This document shows, piece by piece, positions 1 through 9,297 of a stretch of DNA of 64,000 bases. The position numbers and the translations under genes were made by a program. Within the stretch, counting starts at the first letter, position 1. Each line of letters opens with the position of its first letter. A model generated the notes under the pieces. The model made no database searches and was not told the DNA's origin. It worked only from the letters and a program-made list of their open reading frames with translations. The DNA is from Burkholderiales bacterium (GTDB taxonomy: Bacteria > Pseudomonadota > Gammaproteobacteria > Burkholderiales > SG8-41): assembly GCA_036555615.1 (NCBI GenBank), contig DATBKZ010000054.1, positions 660 through 64,659 on the forward strand, given 5' to 3'.

Positions 1-882
1 CTGCGTCATGGGGCGCGAGCCGTCCGCCGCCATGTGCTTGACGACCTCGGGCAGCGCAGCGGCCTTGACGAGCTCGGCGTGCAGGCGTTCCACGATTGCG
101 GGTGGCGTTCCGGTCCGGACCGACATGCCGTTCCAGATGACGTGCTCGAAGCCTTTCACGCCCGATTCGGCGATCGTCGGATATTCCGGCAGCAGCGGCC
201 AGCGCTCGGCGCTGCCCATGCCAAGGTTGCGAATGCGCCCCGCTCTCACGTGCGGCAGCGATGAAATCGGGTTGGTGAACGCACAGATGACCTCGCCGGA
301 AAGGAGCGCGATCGTGACGAGCGCGCTGCCCTTGTAGGGGACATGCAGGAGATCGACGCCGGCGTGGATCCTGAACAGCTCCCCGCCGAGGTGGGAACCA
401 CTGCCGATGCCCGCGGAGCCAAAGGTGATGTCTCGTGGCCGCGCTCGCGCCAGCGCAATGAACTCCATGACGGACCGCACCGGCAGCGACGCATGCACGA
501 TCAATGCGCCCGGCACCACCGCGAGGCGCGTCACCGGCGCGAAATCCTTGATCGGGTCGAACGGCAGCTTGCGCACGAGTGCGGGCGCTGACGTGAAAGA
601 GGTACTCACGAGAAACAGGGTGTAGCCGTCTGCCGGCGCCTTGACGACGATCTCGGAGGCGATGACGCCGGCTGCTCCCGGGCGGTTCTCGACGACCACC
701 GGCTGGCCCAGGCTCGCCGCGAGCCGGGCGCCGATCAGGCGCGCCGTCGTGTCGTTGCCGCCACCGGGCGCGAGCGGGACGATGATCCGCAGCGGCTTGA
801 CGGGGTAGCTCTGCGCATGCACGAGGCCTGCGTCAAGGCAGATGGCAGAAGTGAGAATGCAGACCATAACAATGTGCTTCAC
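1..882 (-). CDS. Bug/TctC-family (tripartite tricarboxylate transporter) substrate-binding protein; C-terminus runs off the window start
   Basis: Absent from the supplied ORF track because it has no stop inside the window. My reverse-complement translation from GTG 882-880 (alternative ATG 867-865) reads VKHIVMVCILTSAICLDAGLVHAQSYPVKPLRIIVPLAPGGGNDTTARL...HVPYKGSALVTIALLSGEV...PPAIVERLHAELVKAAALPEVVKHMAADGSRPMTQ. This is the same architecture as the other Bug paralogs in the window. Confidence 0.8.
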   Translation of the reverse strand, partial: MKHIVMVCILTSAICLDAGLVHAQSYPVKPLRIIVPLAPGGGNDTTARLIGARLAASLGQPVVVENRPGAAGVIASEIVVKAPADGYTLFLVSTSFTSAPALVRKLPFDPIKDFAPVTRLAVVPGALIVHASLPVRSVMEFIALARARPRDITFGSAGIGSGSHLGGELFRIHAGVDLLHVPYKGSALVTIALLSGEVICAFTNPISSLPHVRAGRIRNLGMGSAERWPLLPEYPTIAESGVKGFEHVIWNGMSVRTGTPPAIVERLHAELVKAAALPEVVKHMAADGSRPMTQ

Positions 883-885
883 GAT

Positions 886-920
886 TCTTCCCTCATCCTT
901 CATCCCTCAGCCCTCATCCC
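886..920 (-). repeat. Five tandem heptamers on the minus strand: GGGATGA GGGCTGA GGGATGA AGGATGA GGGAAGA
   Basis: Read directly. The repeat fills the gap between the SDR stop (932-930) and the Bug GTG start (882-880). It is related to the copy at 23753-23787. Confidence 0.85.
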
Positions 921-929
921 TGTCGTTCG

Positions 930-1721
930 TCAGATGCCCCGCGTCCTGCCGCCGTCCACATTGATCGCGGTGCCGCTGATGAGCGAGGCGCGCGCAGACG
1001 CGAGAAATACCGCAAGGTCGGCGATCGCCTCGGGTGTGATGACCTTGCCGAGGGGCACCTCGCGCAGCAGGTACTTCTCGGCGTCTGCGGCCGACATGTC
1101 GCGCTCGCGCGCGGTGATCCCCACGAGCTCGGTCCAGCGCCGCGTGGCGGTCGAGCCGGGGGCAATCGCGTTGACGGTGATGCCGAAGGGGCCGAACTCG
1201 TTCGCCATGGCCTTGGTCAGGCTTAAGGTCCCCAGATTGATTGGCCCGGACATCATCGAGTGCGCCTCGGGCTCGCGCCCGCGCGTGCCGGAGAGATGGA
1301 TGACGCGGCCCTGGTCGGACTGCATGAGGTACGGCAGCGTCTCGCGCGTCATCCGGACGAGCCCCAGCGGCTTGACCCGGAAATAGCGCTCCCATTCGTC
1401 GTCTGGAATTTCGGTGAGCCGACCGCGGTAGGCGCCGCCGGCGCAATTGACCAGGATGTCCACGCCGCCGAGCGCGGCAGCCGCCTTCTCTACCGCGGGC
1501 TTGATGGATTCGGGCCGGTGAAAATCATGCCATACCGCGAGCGCCTTCTGGCCCGAGTAGCGCGCGCGTAGCTCGGCGGCGAGCGCTTCGCAGCGCTCCC
1601 GGTCACGCCCGAACAGCGCGAGATGCACGCCCTCGGCGGCAAAAACCTTTGCGATCACCAGCCCGATGCCGCGGCTCGTGCCGGTGATGAAAGCCTTGCG
1701 GCCTTTCAGCCCGAGTTCCAT
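930..1721 (-). CDS. Short-chain dehydrogenase/reductase (SDR) family oxidoreductase
   Basis: 263-aa ORF. It has the N-terminal TGxxxGIG Rossmann motif (ITGTSRGIGLVIA), NCAGG, and a typical SDR C-terminus (GTAINVDGG). Confidence 0.9.
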   Translation of the reverse strand: MELGLKGRKAFITGTSRGIGLVIAKVFAAEGVHLALFGRDRERCEALAAELRARYSGQKALAVWHDFHRPESIKPAVEKAAAALGGVDILVNCAGGAYRGRLTEIPDDEWERYFRVKPLGLVRMTRETLPYLMQSDQGRVIHLSGTRGREPEAHSMMSGPINLGTLSLTKAMANEFGPFGITVNAIAPGSTATRRWTELVGITARERDMSAADAEKYLLREVPLGKVITPEAIADLAVFLASARASLISGTAINVDGGRTRGI

Positions 1722-1788
1722 ATCGTGATTTCCAGTCGAAGCCGCGAGCCGAGTCTAGCATCAAGAGACGTGATGAGCGGAGGCCGGC

Positions 1789-2514
1789 CTATCGTTGGCC
1801 GTCGTACCACGCGTAACAGTCTTTCCGGCTGCGCAGCGTCTTGCCTCCCGACACGATGGTCTTCAACACGAACCAGGACAGCCGGCCCCAGCCGTAGAGC
1901 CGCAGCTTGCGATCGCTCGTGAGCAGGGGATGGCGGTGCAGGATCACCATCGTTCGGCGGTCGCGCCGCGCGATGCGCTTCAGGCGCCGGGAGAGGTCGA
2001 CCTCTTCGCTCGCGTAGAGCTCCTCGCTGAAGCCGCCCGCCTCGCGGAAGGCCGCCGCTTCGCAGAAGATGAAGGACCCGGCGGCCCATCGGGTGATCCG
2101 GCTCAGCGCATTCCACATTCCGACCGCCAGGGCGGCGCCCGGATGCGTGTCCGCGTAGGTGACCGTGCTGCCCCCGCCGATGCAGCGCGCGGAGCCGATG
2201 GCGTCCGCGGCGTCGGAAAAAAGCTCCGCCGAGGGGTAGGAATCGGCATCCACGAAGATGATCCAGTCCCCGCCGGCCGCGGCGGCGCCGGCATTGCGCG
2301 CGCGACTGATCTGGTTCACCGGCTCGAAGACGACGCGCGCGCCCGCCTCCCGGGCGATCGCCGCCGTGCGGTCGGTGGAGTTGTTGTCGCACACGATGAG
2401 CTCGGACGCCCACCCACGCCGGGCGAACGCCTCCATGGCCGCTTGGATGCTGCGGAGCGAGGCGGGCAGCAATCGCTCCTCGTTGAACGCGGGAACGACG
2501 ACCGAAATTTTCAT
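1789..2514 (-). CDS. Family 2 glycosyltransferase
   Basis: 241-aa ORF. It begins MKISVVVPAFNEE and contains CDNNSTDRT and FVDADS (DxD-like), typical of the GT2 GT-A fold. Confidence 0.85.
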   Translation of the reverse strand: MKISVVVPAFNEERLLPASLRSIQAAMEAFARRGWASELIVCDNNSTDRTAAIAREAGARVVFEPVNQISRARNAGAAAAGGDWIIFVDADSYPSAELFSDAADAIGSARCIGGGSTVTYADTHPGAALAVGMWNALSRITRWAAGSFIFCEAAAFREAGGFSEELYASEEVDLSRRLKRIARRDRRTMVILHRHPLLTSDRKLRLYGWGRLSWFVLKTIVSGGKTLRSRKDCYAWYDGQR

Positions 2515-2569
2515 CCCCGAGATTTCGGCCTCTCGCGGAACATTCCTCCCCTTCCGGAGGGCGCAGGAT

Positions 2570-3574
2570 TCATTCCGGGATGATGCCGACGTCCCTCACG
2601 ACCTTGGCATACTTGGCCCGCTCGGACCGGATGAACTCCGCAAACTGCTCGGTATTCAGCTTGCTCGGCTGGATACCCTGTTCCGCAAGACGCTTGCGCG
2701 TGTCCGGAAGCGCGAGCACTTCGGCGAGGGCGGCGCGAAGCCGGGCGAGGCGTGCCTTCGGCACCCCTGCGGGGGTGCACAGTCCCTGCCAGGAGATGAC
2801 TTCGAATCCGGCCATGCCGGACTCGGCGATGGTGGGGACATCGGGCAGATCGGGGACGCGCGTGAGCGACGTGACGCCGAGCATCCGGATTCTGCCGGCA
2901 CGGGTCGCCGCGAGGAACGACGGCACGGTGGAAACCATCGCGTGAACCTGTTCTCCCATCAGGGCTGCGAGCGCCGGCCCCGCGCCCTTGAACGCAACGT
3001 GGACGACATCGATGCGAGCCGCGGTCTTGAACATCTCCATCATCAGCTGCGGCGAGGTCCCGACGCCGGGCGAGCCGTAGTTGAGCTTGCCGGGCCGCGA
3101 TTTCGCGAGGGCGATGAACTCGGCGATCGTATTCGCCTGGAGCGCGGGATGCACGACGATGGCGTTGGGTGTGCTGCCGATGAAGCCGATCGGCGCAAAA
3201 TCGGCAACGGGGTCGTAGCCCAGCTTGCGGTAGCGCGCGGGGCTCACCGCGAGCGACGCGATATTACACGCGAAAAGCGTGTAGCCGTCCGGTGTCGCGC
3301 GGGCCGCGATCTCGGCGCCTACGGTTCCCCCCGCCCCGCCGCGGTTGTCGGTGACGACGCTGTGGCCGAACCTTTCGGAAAGCCCGGCGGCCACGATGCG
3401 CGCCATGATGTCGGTCGAGCCGCCCGGCGGGAAGGGCACGATGTAGCGCAATGGCCGGGTCGGAAACTCCGGTCCGGCGGCCCGCGCCGGCATGCCGACG
3501 ACCAAAACGATCAGCGATGACAACAGGAGCAACCAGGGGAAAACAGGATGGAACGCGCGAACGAAGAACGTCAT
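2570..3574 (-). CDS. Bug/TctC-family substrate-binding protein
   Basis: 334-aa ORF with a signal peptide, then RPLRYIVPFPPGGSTD, VAFKGAGPALAALMG and a C-terminal F.EFIRSERAKYAKVVRDVGI block. Confidence 0.9.
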   Translation of the reverse strand: MTFFVRAFHPVFPWLLLLSSLIVLVVGMPARAAGPEFPTRPLRYIVPFPPGGSTDIMARIVAAGLSERFGHSVVTDNRGGAGGTVGAEIAARATPDGYTLFACNIASLAVSPARYRKLGYDPVADFAPIGFIGSTPNAIVVHPALQANTIAEFIALAKSRPGKLNYGSPGVGTSPQLMMEMFKTAARIDVVHVAFKGAGPALAALMGEQVHAMVSTVPSFLAATRAGRIRMLGVTSLTRVPDLPDVPTIAESGMAGFEVISWQGLCTPAGVPKARLARLRAALAEVLALPDTRKRLAEQGIQPSKLNTEQFAEFIRSERAKYAKVVRDVGIIPE

Positions 3575-3790
3575 TCTCGCCTCCTCTCATGGGGCGCGCC
3601 TGCAACGGCTCCCGTGACTTGCGGTTCGGGGGTGGTGACCAGTCCCCCGTCGTTCTTGTGGTCGCTGCAGGCAGGCCAACAACAATCATAGGCTCCTTCG
3701 GCCGGATTCCACAATGTGTACCGGCGAGGTCGTTGCACGGTTACTCGGGGTGCCGAGTGGAGGTGCGGAGCCGCGTTTCCGAGAACCTGT

Positions 3791-4426
3791 CTAGCCGAAG
3801 ACAAGATCGGGCAGCGGACGCAACGACCGGCTTTCGACGAGGGGTTTGGGCACGCCGGGAAGCGCGGGAAGGCCGACGCGATTGTGCCAATAGGCGTCCA
3901 TGCCCAGTGACTTCGCCCCGAAGAGATCGAAGGGCGATCCCGCGACCATGAGGCAATCCCCGGCCTTGACGCCCAGCTCCTGGAGCGCAAGGCCGTAGGC
4001 GCGGGGATCGGGCTTGTAGCAACCGGCGCGTTCAGCGGTCACCACGCTGCTGAACGCGACGCCGGTCGCCCGGGCGGCGATCTGGCCAAGCTGCTCCGAA
4101 CAGTTGGTCACGACAGCGATCGGCATGCGGGCGCGAATTTCCTCGAGCACGGGCTTTACGTCGGGCCACGGCCGGATGTCCTGCCAGAGCGCGATCAAGC
4201 GGGCAGTCGTGCGGGACGCGAGTCCCGCCTCCACGGCGGCCTCGGCGACGATCGCTTCGTACGGCCGATAGCTTCCCGTCTGGTAGTTCTTGCGCAGATA
4301 CGCCATGCGCCACCGCCGCCCGAGCTCGGCGCTGCCGGCCGCGGCATCCCACACGCTCCATGAGTCGAGCAGCGCGGTCAGGAGATCGAACATGACGGCG
4401 CGGTATTTCGCGCGTCTGGCCGGCAC
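3791..4426 (-). CDS. HAD-superfamily hydrolase (haloacid dehalogenase type II-like)
   Basis: This is the C-terminal part of the 564-aa track ORF. The real gene begins near GTG 4426 (VPARRAKYRAVMFDLLTALLDSW), with an alternative ATG at 4393. It has the HAD motif I-like FDLLTAL and VVTNCS. The upstream extension in the track is Arg/Ala-rich high-GC read-through. Confidence 0.8.
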   Translation of the reverse strand: MPARRAKYRAVMFDLLTALLDSWSVWDAAAGSAELGRRWRMAYLRKNYQTGSYRPYEAIVAEAAVEAGLASRTTARLIALWQDIRPWPDVKPVLEEIRARMPIAVVTNCSEQLGQIAARATGVAFSSVVTAERAGCYKPDPRAYGLALQELGVKAGDCLMVAGSPFDLFGAKSLGMDAYWHNRVGLPALPGVPKPLVESRSLRPLPDLVFG

Positions 4427-4446
4427 CTTCGCTTCAGATTCCGAGG

Positions 4447-5379
4447 CTACGGGCTGCGTGTGAGGGGCGGCGGGTCCTCGCGCAGGACCTGTTCGGCGAA
4501 CCGCATGTCCACGCAGTCCTCGTAGGCAAAGCGGGTGCGGATTGCCCCGGCGCCGAGCATGGCATCGCGCAGCCACTCCAGTCCCTCGCGCTGCAGCACC
4601 GGCGAGCGGTTCCAGAGCGCGAGCGTCCGGTAGCGTTCGCAGCAGGCGGCGAGCCGCGCCGCCGGCACGTCGGAAAAATAACCGGCGATGGCTTCCGCCA
4701 GCGCGCGTCCGTCGCGCGCCGCGATCCACTTGAGGGTGCGGTACATGGCGCGCGTCATGCGCAGGACGGTGTCCGGCTCCCGCTCGATGAAGGCGCGCGT
4801 GGTGTTGAGCGAGGTGTATGCCGTCGGTCCGCGGCTCGCGGCCGCGTACCACACACGCCCCACGCCTTCCTCCATCAGCGCCTGCGCGTAGGGCTGGAAT
4901 ACCTGGATCAGGTCCACTTGCCCCGCGCGCAGCGCGGCGGCGTTCTCCGCCATGGTGCGCCCGGGCGCGAGTTTCACTGAAGAGGGGTCGATCCCGGCGC
5001 GCCGGAGATCGTGTTGCAGGCAGATCCACGGTGTCGGCACCTCGGTGACCACCGCGAGGGCCCAGCGGGGAAGCTGAGCGGGCGTGAAGCCGGGGTTCGG
5101 AGTGCGCCCGATGAGGAAGAAGGGATCGCGTCCCACGACCTCGCAAAAGGCGACGTAGCCGCACTTCGGATCCTGGTCGAGGGCGGCCAGGATCCGAAGC
5201 GGCCCGCCCCACGAGACGTGGCCCGCGCCGGCGCTGACCGCCTGCAGGGCCTTGCCGAGCACCGCGGCGGGCTTCAGCTCGACCTCGAGCCCCTCTTCCT
5301 CGTACGCGCCGAGCGCACAGGCTGCGTAGAACGGCGCGTAGAACAGCGCGCGGAAGTTCTCGATCAGGACGACGCGCAT
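4447..5379 (-). CDS. NMT1/THI5-like (NitT/TauT-type) periplasmic-binding-fold protein
   Basis: 310 aa from ATG 5379 (MRVVLIENFRALFYAPFYAACALGAYEEEGLEVELKP...). The long N-terminal extension in the track (to 6450) overlaps the hydantoinase gene and is rejected. Confidence 0.75.
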   Translation of the reverse strand: MRVVLIENFRALFYAPFYAACALGAYEEEGLEVELKPAAVLGKALQAVSAGAGHVSWGGPLRILAALDQDPKCGYVAFCEVVGRDPFFLIGRTPNPGFTPAQLPRWALAVVTEVPTPWICLQHDLRRAGIDPSSVKLAPGRTMAENAAALRAGQVDLIQVFQPYAQALMEEGVGRVWYAAASRGPTAYTSLNTTRAFIEREPDTVLRMTRAMYRTLKWIAARDGRALAEAIAGYFSDVPAARLAACCERYRTLALWNRSPVLQREGLEWLRDAMLGAGAIRTRFAYEDCVDMRFAEQVLREDPPPLTRSP

Positions 5380-5381
5380 AC

Positions 5382-6812
5382 TCAGCAGGCGGGGCGCGAG
5401 CGGATCGCGTCGGCGATCTTGCGCGGGATGCTGGTCCCGCGCGCGCCGCCCAGAAACTCGCCCTTGTGGACCATGATCTTGCCACGCAGTATCGTGGTCT
5501 CCGGCCATCCCGCGATGTCGTGGCCCTCCCACGGGCTGTAATCGGTCTCGTGCAGATCTTCCACGCGCACCTTGCCCCGGACGGCGGGATCGAAGATGAC
5601 GAGATCGGCGTCGCTGCCCGCCGCGATCACGCCCTTGCGCGGGTGCAGCCCCATGAGGCGCGCGGCGTTGGTCGAGACGTGATCCACGAACGCCTCCAGC
5701 GAATAGCCGCGCTTCACCACCATTTCGCTGTACATCACGGAAAGCCGCGGCTCGACGCCGGCGCTGCCCCCCGTGGTGTCGTCGATGCGCTTGCCGTGGA
5801 TTTTCGTGCACAGGGGCGTGCAGATTCCGTCGGTCGCGACCGTGCTGATCTCGCCGTCCACCGTGCCCCGCCACAGCGCCTGCTGGTCCGCCTCGGTCTT
5901 GAGCGAGGGATAGGTGTGATAGATCTGTCCGTTGGGGCGCCGGTAATCGGAGGCGTTGTAGAGCATGTACTGATGCAGCGTCTCGCCGTAGATCGGGTAG
6001 CCCCGCGCGCGCGATTCGCGGATCGCCGCGACGCCGGTGCCCGCGCTCACATGCATCATGTAGAGCGCGGTGCCTTCGACGTTTTCCGCCAGCCGGATGA
6101 TGTGCCGGAACGCGAGATCCTCGGACAGCGCGCTGTGCACTTCGGGCATGTTCTCGAAGCCGACCCGTCCTTCCGCGATGAGCTTCTCGTACATGTGCAT
6201 CACGAGATCGTCCTCCTCGGCATGGATCGCTGCCAGCCCGCCGTGCCGCGCGAGCACCTTGAAGATTTCCCAGATGTCGCCGTACCCGACTTTCCTGCCG
6301 GTGACGGACGGCCGGATGTTCGTCGTGAAGATTTTCACCGTGGGGAAGCCCGCCTGCATCGCTTCCGGCAACTCGTTCACGATGGTGGGCGGAATCTTGC
6401 CGAGCAGCGTCACGTGAAACGCGTAGTCGCAATGGCACTGCCCGCGCCACTGGCGGTCGCGGCGCGCGATTGCCTGCTCCAGCGTCTCGCCCTGATTCCA
6501 GAAGGCGAAATCAACGAGCGTGGTCGTGCCGCCGAAGAGCGCCGCCCGGCTCACCTGCGCCGAACCGGCGCTCAGCAGCGGCGGGCCGCCGTCCTTGCCC
6601 GGCTGCACCTGCCAGTCGCAATGGATGTGCGGGTCGATGCCGCCGGGAAAGACGAGCTTGCCGCCGGCGTCGATCGTCCGCGCGGCGGGCACGTCCTTCA
6701 GCGCCTCGGGCGCGGCTACCGCGGCGATGCGCTCGCCGGCGATCGCGATATCCCGGGGGCCCGCGCCCTCCGGGGTGACCGCGAGACCGCCGCGTATGAT
6801 GAGATCGAGCAT
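5382..6812 (-). CDS. Dihydropyrimidinase/D-hydantoinase-type cyclic amidohydrolase
   Basis: 476-aa ORF with GGIDPHIH metal-binding motif 1, a TIM-barrel amidohydrolase layout and a DADLVIFDP C-terminal motif. Confidence 0.85.
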   Translation of the reverse strand: MLDLIIRGGLAVTPEGAGPRDIAIAGERIAAVAAPEALKDVPAARTIDAGGKLVFPGGIDPHIHCDWQVQPGKDGGPPLLSAGSAQVSRAALFGGTTTLVDFAFWNQGETLEQAIARRDRQWRGQCHCDYAFHVTLLGKIPPTIVNELPEAMQAGFPTVKIFTTNIRPSVTGRKVGYGDIWEIFKVLARHGGLAAIHAEEDDLVMHMYEKLIAEGRVGFENMPEVHSALSEDLAFRHIIRLAENVEGTALYMMHVSAGTGVAAIRESRARGYPIYGETLHQYMLYNASDYRRPNGQIYHTYPSLKTEADQQALWRGTVDGEISTVATDGICTPLCTKIHGKRIDDTTGGSAGVEPRLSVMYSEMVVKRGYSLEAFVDHVSTNAARLMGLHPRKGVIAAGSDADLVIFDPAVRGKVRVEDLHETDYSPWEGHDIAGWPETTILRGKIMVHKGEFLGGARGTSIPRKIADAIRSRPAC

Positions 6813-6864
6813 GCGTGTGCTCCTTTTGTCAGAGGATAGCCGGCGTCAGTGCAACGGTTCCGCC

Positions 6865-8220
6865 TCAGGATCGACCGTAGCGGCGCAGGGAGTTGGTCAG
6901 TTCGCGCACGCTCTGCCAGCGCTCGCAGCGCTCCGCAAGCTCTTCGATCCGGGCTACGCCTTCCGGGGTGAGCACGACCGCCGCGAGCTCCCGGAATTTC
7001 TCGCGAATCTCCGACTCCGCGAAGGGCTGCTGGAAGTCACCGCGGTGACTCTCGCGCGCGTGCGTGCTTTGCCGGCCGTCCTTCAGGGCGAGGGTCACGC
7101 GCGCGGGCCGCAGGCGCGGGGCGACGGCGCTCATCGCCGGATCCTCCCTCACGTGCACGCGATGACGCAGCGCGGCCACGGAAGGGTCGCGCAAGGCGGC
7201 GTCATCGAGCGCTGTGTAACCGGCATTACCTTTCACTACCATAACCGCCGCCGCGTGGGGCAGCGAATACTTCGATGCGAAATAATTGGGCGGATCCGGG
7301 CTGCGCATGAACGATGCGAAACGATAGGTGGCGACGTCGATGCGCTCGATGTCCTCGGGCCGGGGGCGCAGCGCGTCGAGAGCCTCGCGCAGGCAATCCA
7401 GGGCGGGATGGATGGGATTGCAGCACGCGTACTGGCGGAAATAGTTAAGCGTGATCTCCCAGCGGGTTCCAAGCTCATCGAGCAAACTGTCGGGCCTGAA
7501 CCCGTCCCCCACGAGATTCGCGAGCGCTTCCTCGATGGCGTCCCCCTGCGCCTCGAATCCGGCGCAGGCGAGCTCGGGGGCGAGCGCGCAGGCGAGCCCG
7601 CTCATTCCCCCAGCGACATTGAGCGCCGTCGCCCCCGCTACGGCGCTGGTGTAGCTCGGGGTCAGCACGAGTGTCGCGGCGATGCGCATGGCGAGGCTCA
7701 CCCCGGCCGCGTCCAGGCAGCGCATGCGCGCTCCCGCGGCGGCGGCGCCCACCAGTGTAGCCTGGCCGTTCTGATGCGCCAGCGGGCGCGGCGTGAAGGC
7801 GGAGCACAGACGGCCGGCGACATCGTAACCGAGAACGAAAGCGGCCATCATTTCGCGGCCGCTGCCCGATGCGGACTCGGCCACCGCCAGCGCGCCGGGC
7901 AGAATCTGGACCGCCGGCTGGCCGGTGACCAGACGCAGGCCTTCGCACAGTTCGATCGCGCGACCGGCAATGCCGTTGAGCAGCGCGGCAGTGCGCGGCT
8001 CGCTCGCGATCCAGCCCCGCGCCAGCACAGTGGCGCCGCTGCCCGCGGAGGGCAACAGCCGCGCCCGCAGCTGCCGCACCTCGGGCCGCTCGGACCCCGC
8101 GAGAATCACGCCGAGCGTATCGAGAAACACCAGCTTGGCATGCCGCTGCACGGGCCCGGGAATGTCCTCCCACCGTGTCTCCGCGGCGAACCGCGCCAGT
8201 TGCTCGATCTGCCGCCCCAT
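6865..8220 (-). CDS. MmgE/PrpD family protein
   Basis: 451-aa ORF. It starts QLARFAAETRWEDIPGPVQRHAKLVFLDTLGVILAG and ends with the PrpD-like ...HRGDFQQPF block. Confidence 0.85.
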   Translation of the reverse strand: MGRQIEQLARFAAETRWEDIPGPVQRHAKLVFLDTLGVILAGSERPEVRQLRARLLPSAGSGATVLARGWIASEPRTAALLNGIAGRAIELCEGLRLVTGQPAVQILPGALAVAESASGSGREMMAAFVLGYDVAGRLCSAFTPRPLAHQNGQATLVGAAAAGARMRCLDAAGVSLAMRIAATLVLTPSYTSAVAGATALNVAGGMSGLACALAPELACAGFEAQGDAIEEALANLVGDGFRPDSLLDELGTRWEITLNYFRQYACCNPIHPALDCLREALDALRPRPEDIERIDVATYRFASFMRSPDPPNYFASKYSLPHAAAVMVVKGNAGYTALDDAALRDPSVAALRHRVHVREDPAMSAVAPRLRPARVTLALKDGRQSTHARESHRGDFQQPFAESEIREKFRELAAVVLTPEGVARIEELAERCERWQSVRELTNSLRRYGRS

Positions 8221-8235
8221 CCCGGCGCCCCCGCC

Positions 8236-9237
8236 TCATTCGAGCTTGATGCCGGCCTCCCGAATGATGCGGGTCCACTTGGCGACCTCGTTACGGACGA
8301 ATTGCTCGAACTGGGCCGCCGTGCTGCCGACCGGGGTCGCGCCCTGCTCCAGCGTGCGCTCACGGATGACTGGCGTCGCCATCGCCTTGGCGGTTTCGGC
8401 GCTCAACCGCTCGACGATCGCGGGTGGCGTGCCGGATGGCGCCATCACGCCGAACCAGCCGATCGCCTCGTAGTCCTTGAATCCCGCCTCGATCGCGGTC
8501 GGCACGCCGGGCAGCGCCGACGCGCGTTCGCGCGTCGAAACCGCGAGCGCCCGCAGCCGGCCGGCGCGGATGAGCGACAGCACGGTTTCGATCGTATTGA
8601 ACGCCGTCGTGGCCTCGCCGCCCATCACGGCCACCGCCGTCGCGCCGCCGCCCTTGTACGGCACATGCGTGAGCCGGGTCTTGGTGACGATCCCGAACAG
8701 CGCGCCGGCAAGATGCATCGCGCTGCCGGCGCCGGCGGATGCATAGAGCACCTCGCCCGGCCTTGCCCGCGCGAGCCTGACGAAGTCGTTCAGGTCCCTC
8801 GCGGGAAAGGACGGAATCACGACGATGACGTGCGGCACCTGCACGACCTGCGAGACGCGCGCGAAGTCCTTGATCGAATCGTAGCGGAGCTTCGGGTAGA
8901 GGCCGGGGCTGAAGGAGAAGGAAGCCGAAGTCATGAGGAACGTGTAGCCGTCGGCCGGCGACCGGGCAACATGCTCGGTGCCCAGCGTGGAGCCGGCGCC
9001 CGGGCGGTTTTCGACGATGAATTGCTGGCCCAACGTTTGGGAGAGCTGTTGCGCCAGCAGGCGGGCGAAAATGTCGGTGCCGCCCCCGGGACCGAACGGC
9101 GTGACGATGCGCACTGTCTTTCCCGGCCACCTTTGCGCCGACGCGTCATCGATCCCGGCGACAGACAGAAGTGCGGCCGCAGCCGCCGCGCCTGCCAGCG
9201 CACGAACCGCCATGGCGGGATATCGCTCCGATTTCAT
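8236..9237 (-). CDS. Bug/TctC-family substrate-binding protein
   Basis: 333-aa ORF with a signal peptide, KTVRIVTPFGPGGGTD and VPYKGGGATAVAVMGGE. Confidence 0.9.
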   Translation of the reverse strand: MKSERYPAMAVRALAGAAAAAALLSVAGIDDASAQRWPGKTVRIVTPFGPGGGTDIFARLLAQQLSQTLGQQFIVENRPGAGSTLGTEHVARSPADGYTFLMTSASFSFSPGLYPKLRYDSIKDFARVSQVVQVPHVIVVIPSFPARDLNDFVRLARARPGEVLYASAGAGSAMHLAGALFGIVTKTRLTHVPYKGGGATAVAVMGGEATTAFNTIETVLSLIRAGRLRALAVSTRERASALPGVPTAIEAGFKDYEAIGWFGVMAPSGTPPAIVERLSAETAKAMATPVIRERTLEQGATPVGSTAAQFEQFVRNEVAKWTRIIREAGIKLE

Positions 9238-9297
9238 GGTACCCCCTCCGTCAATCCGCCACGTGCTCCAGTTGTTGGAGTGTCTGGAATCTGTCTT

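Noticed and set aside
3791-6450. Long N-terminal extensions of the HAD (to 5485) and NMT1-like (to 6450) track ORFs
   Set aside because: The extensions overlap the upstream genes and are Arg-rich low complexity. Family-typical N-termini and start codons exist at 4426/4393 and 5379.
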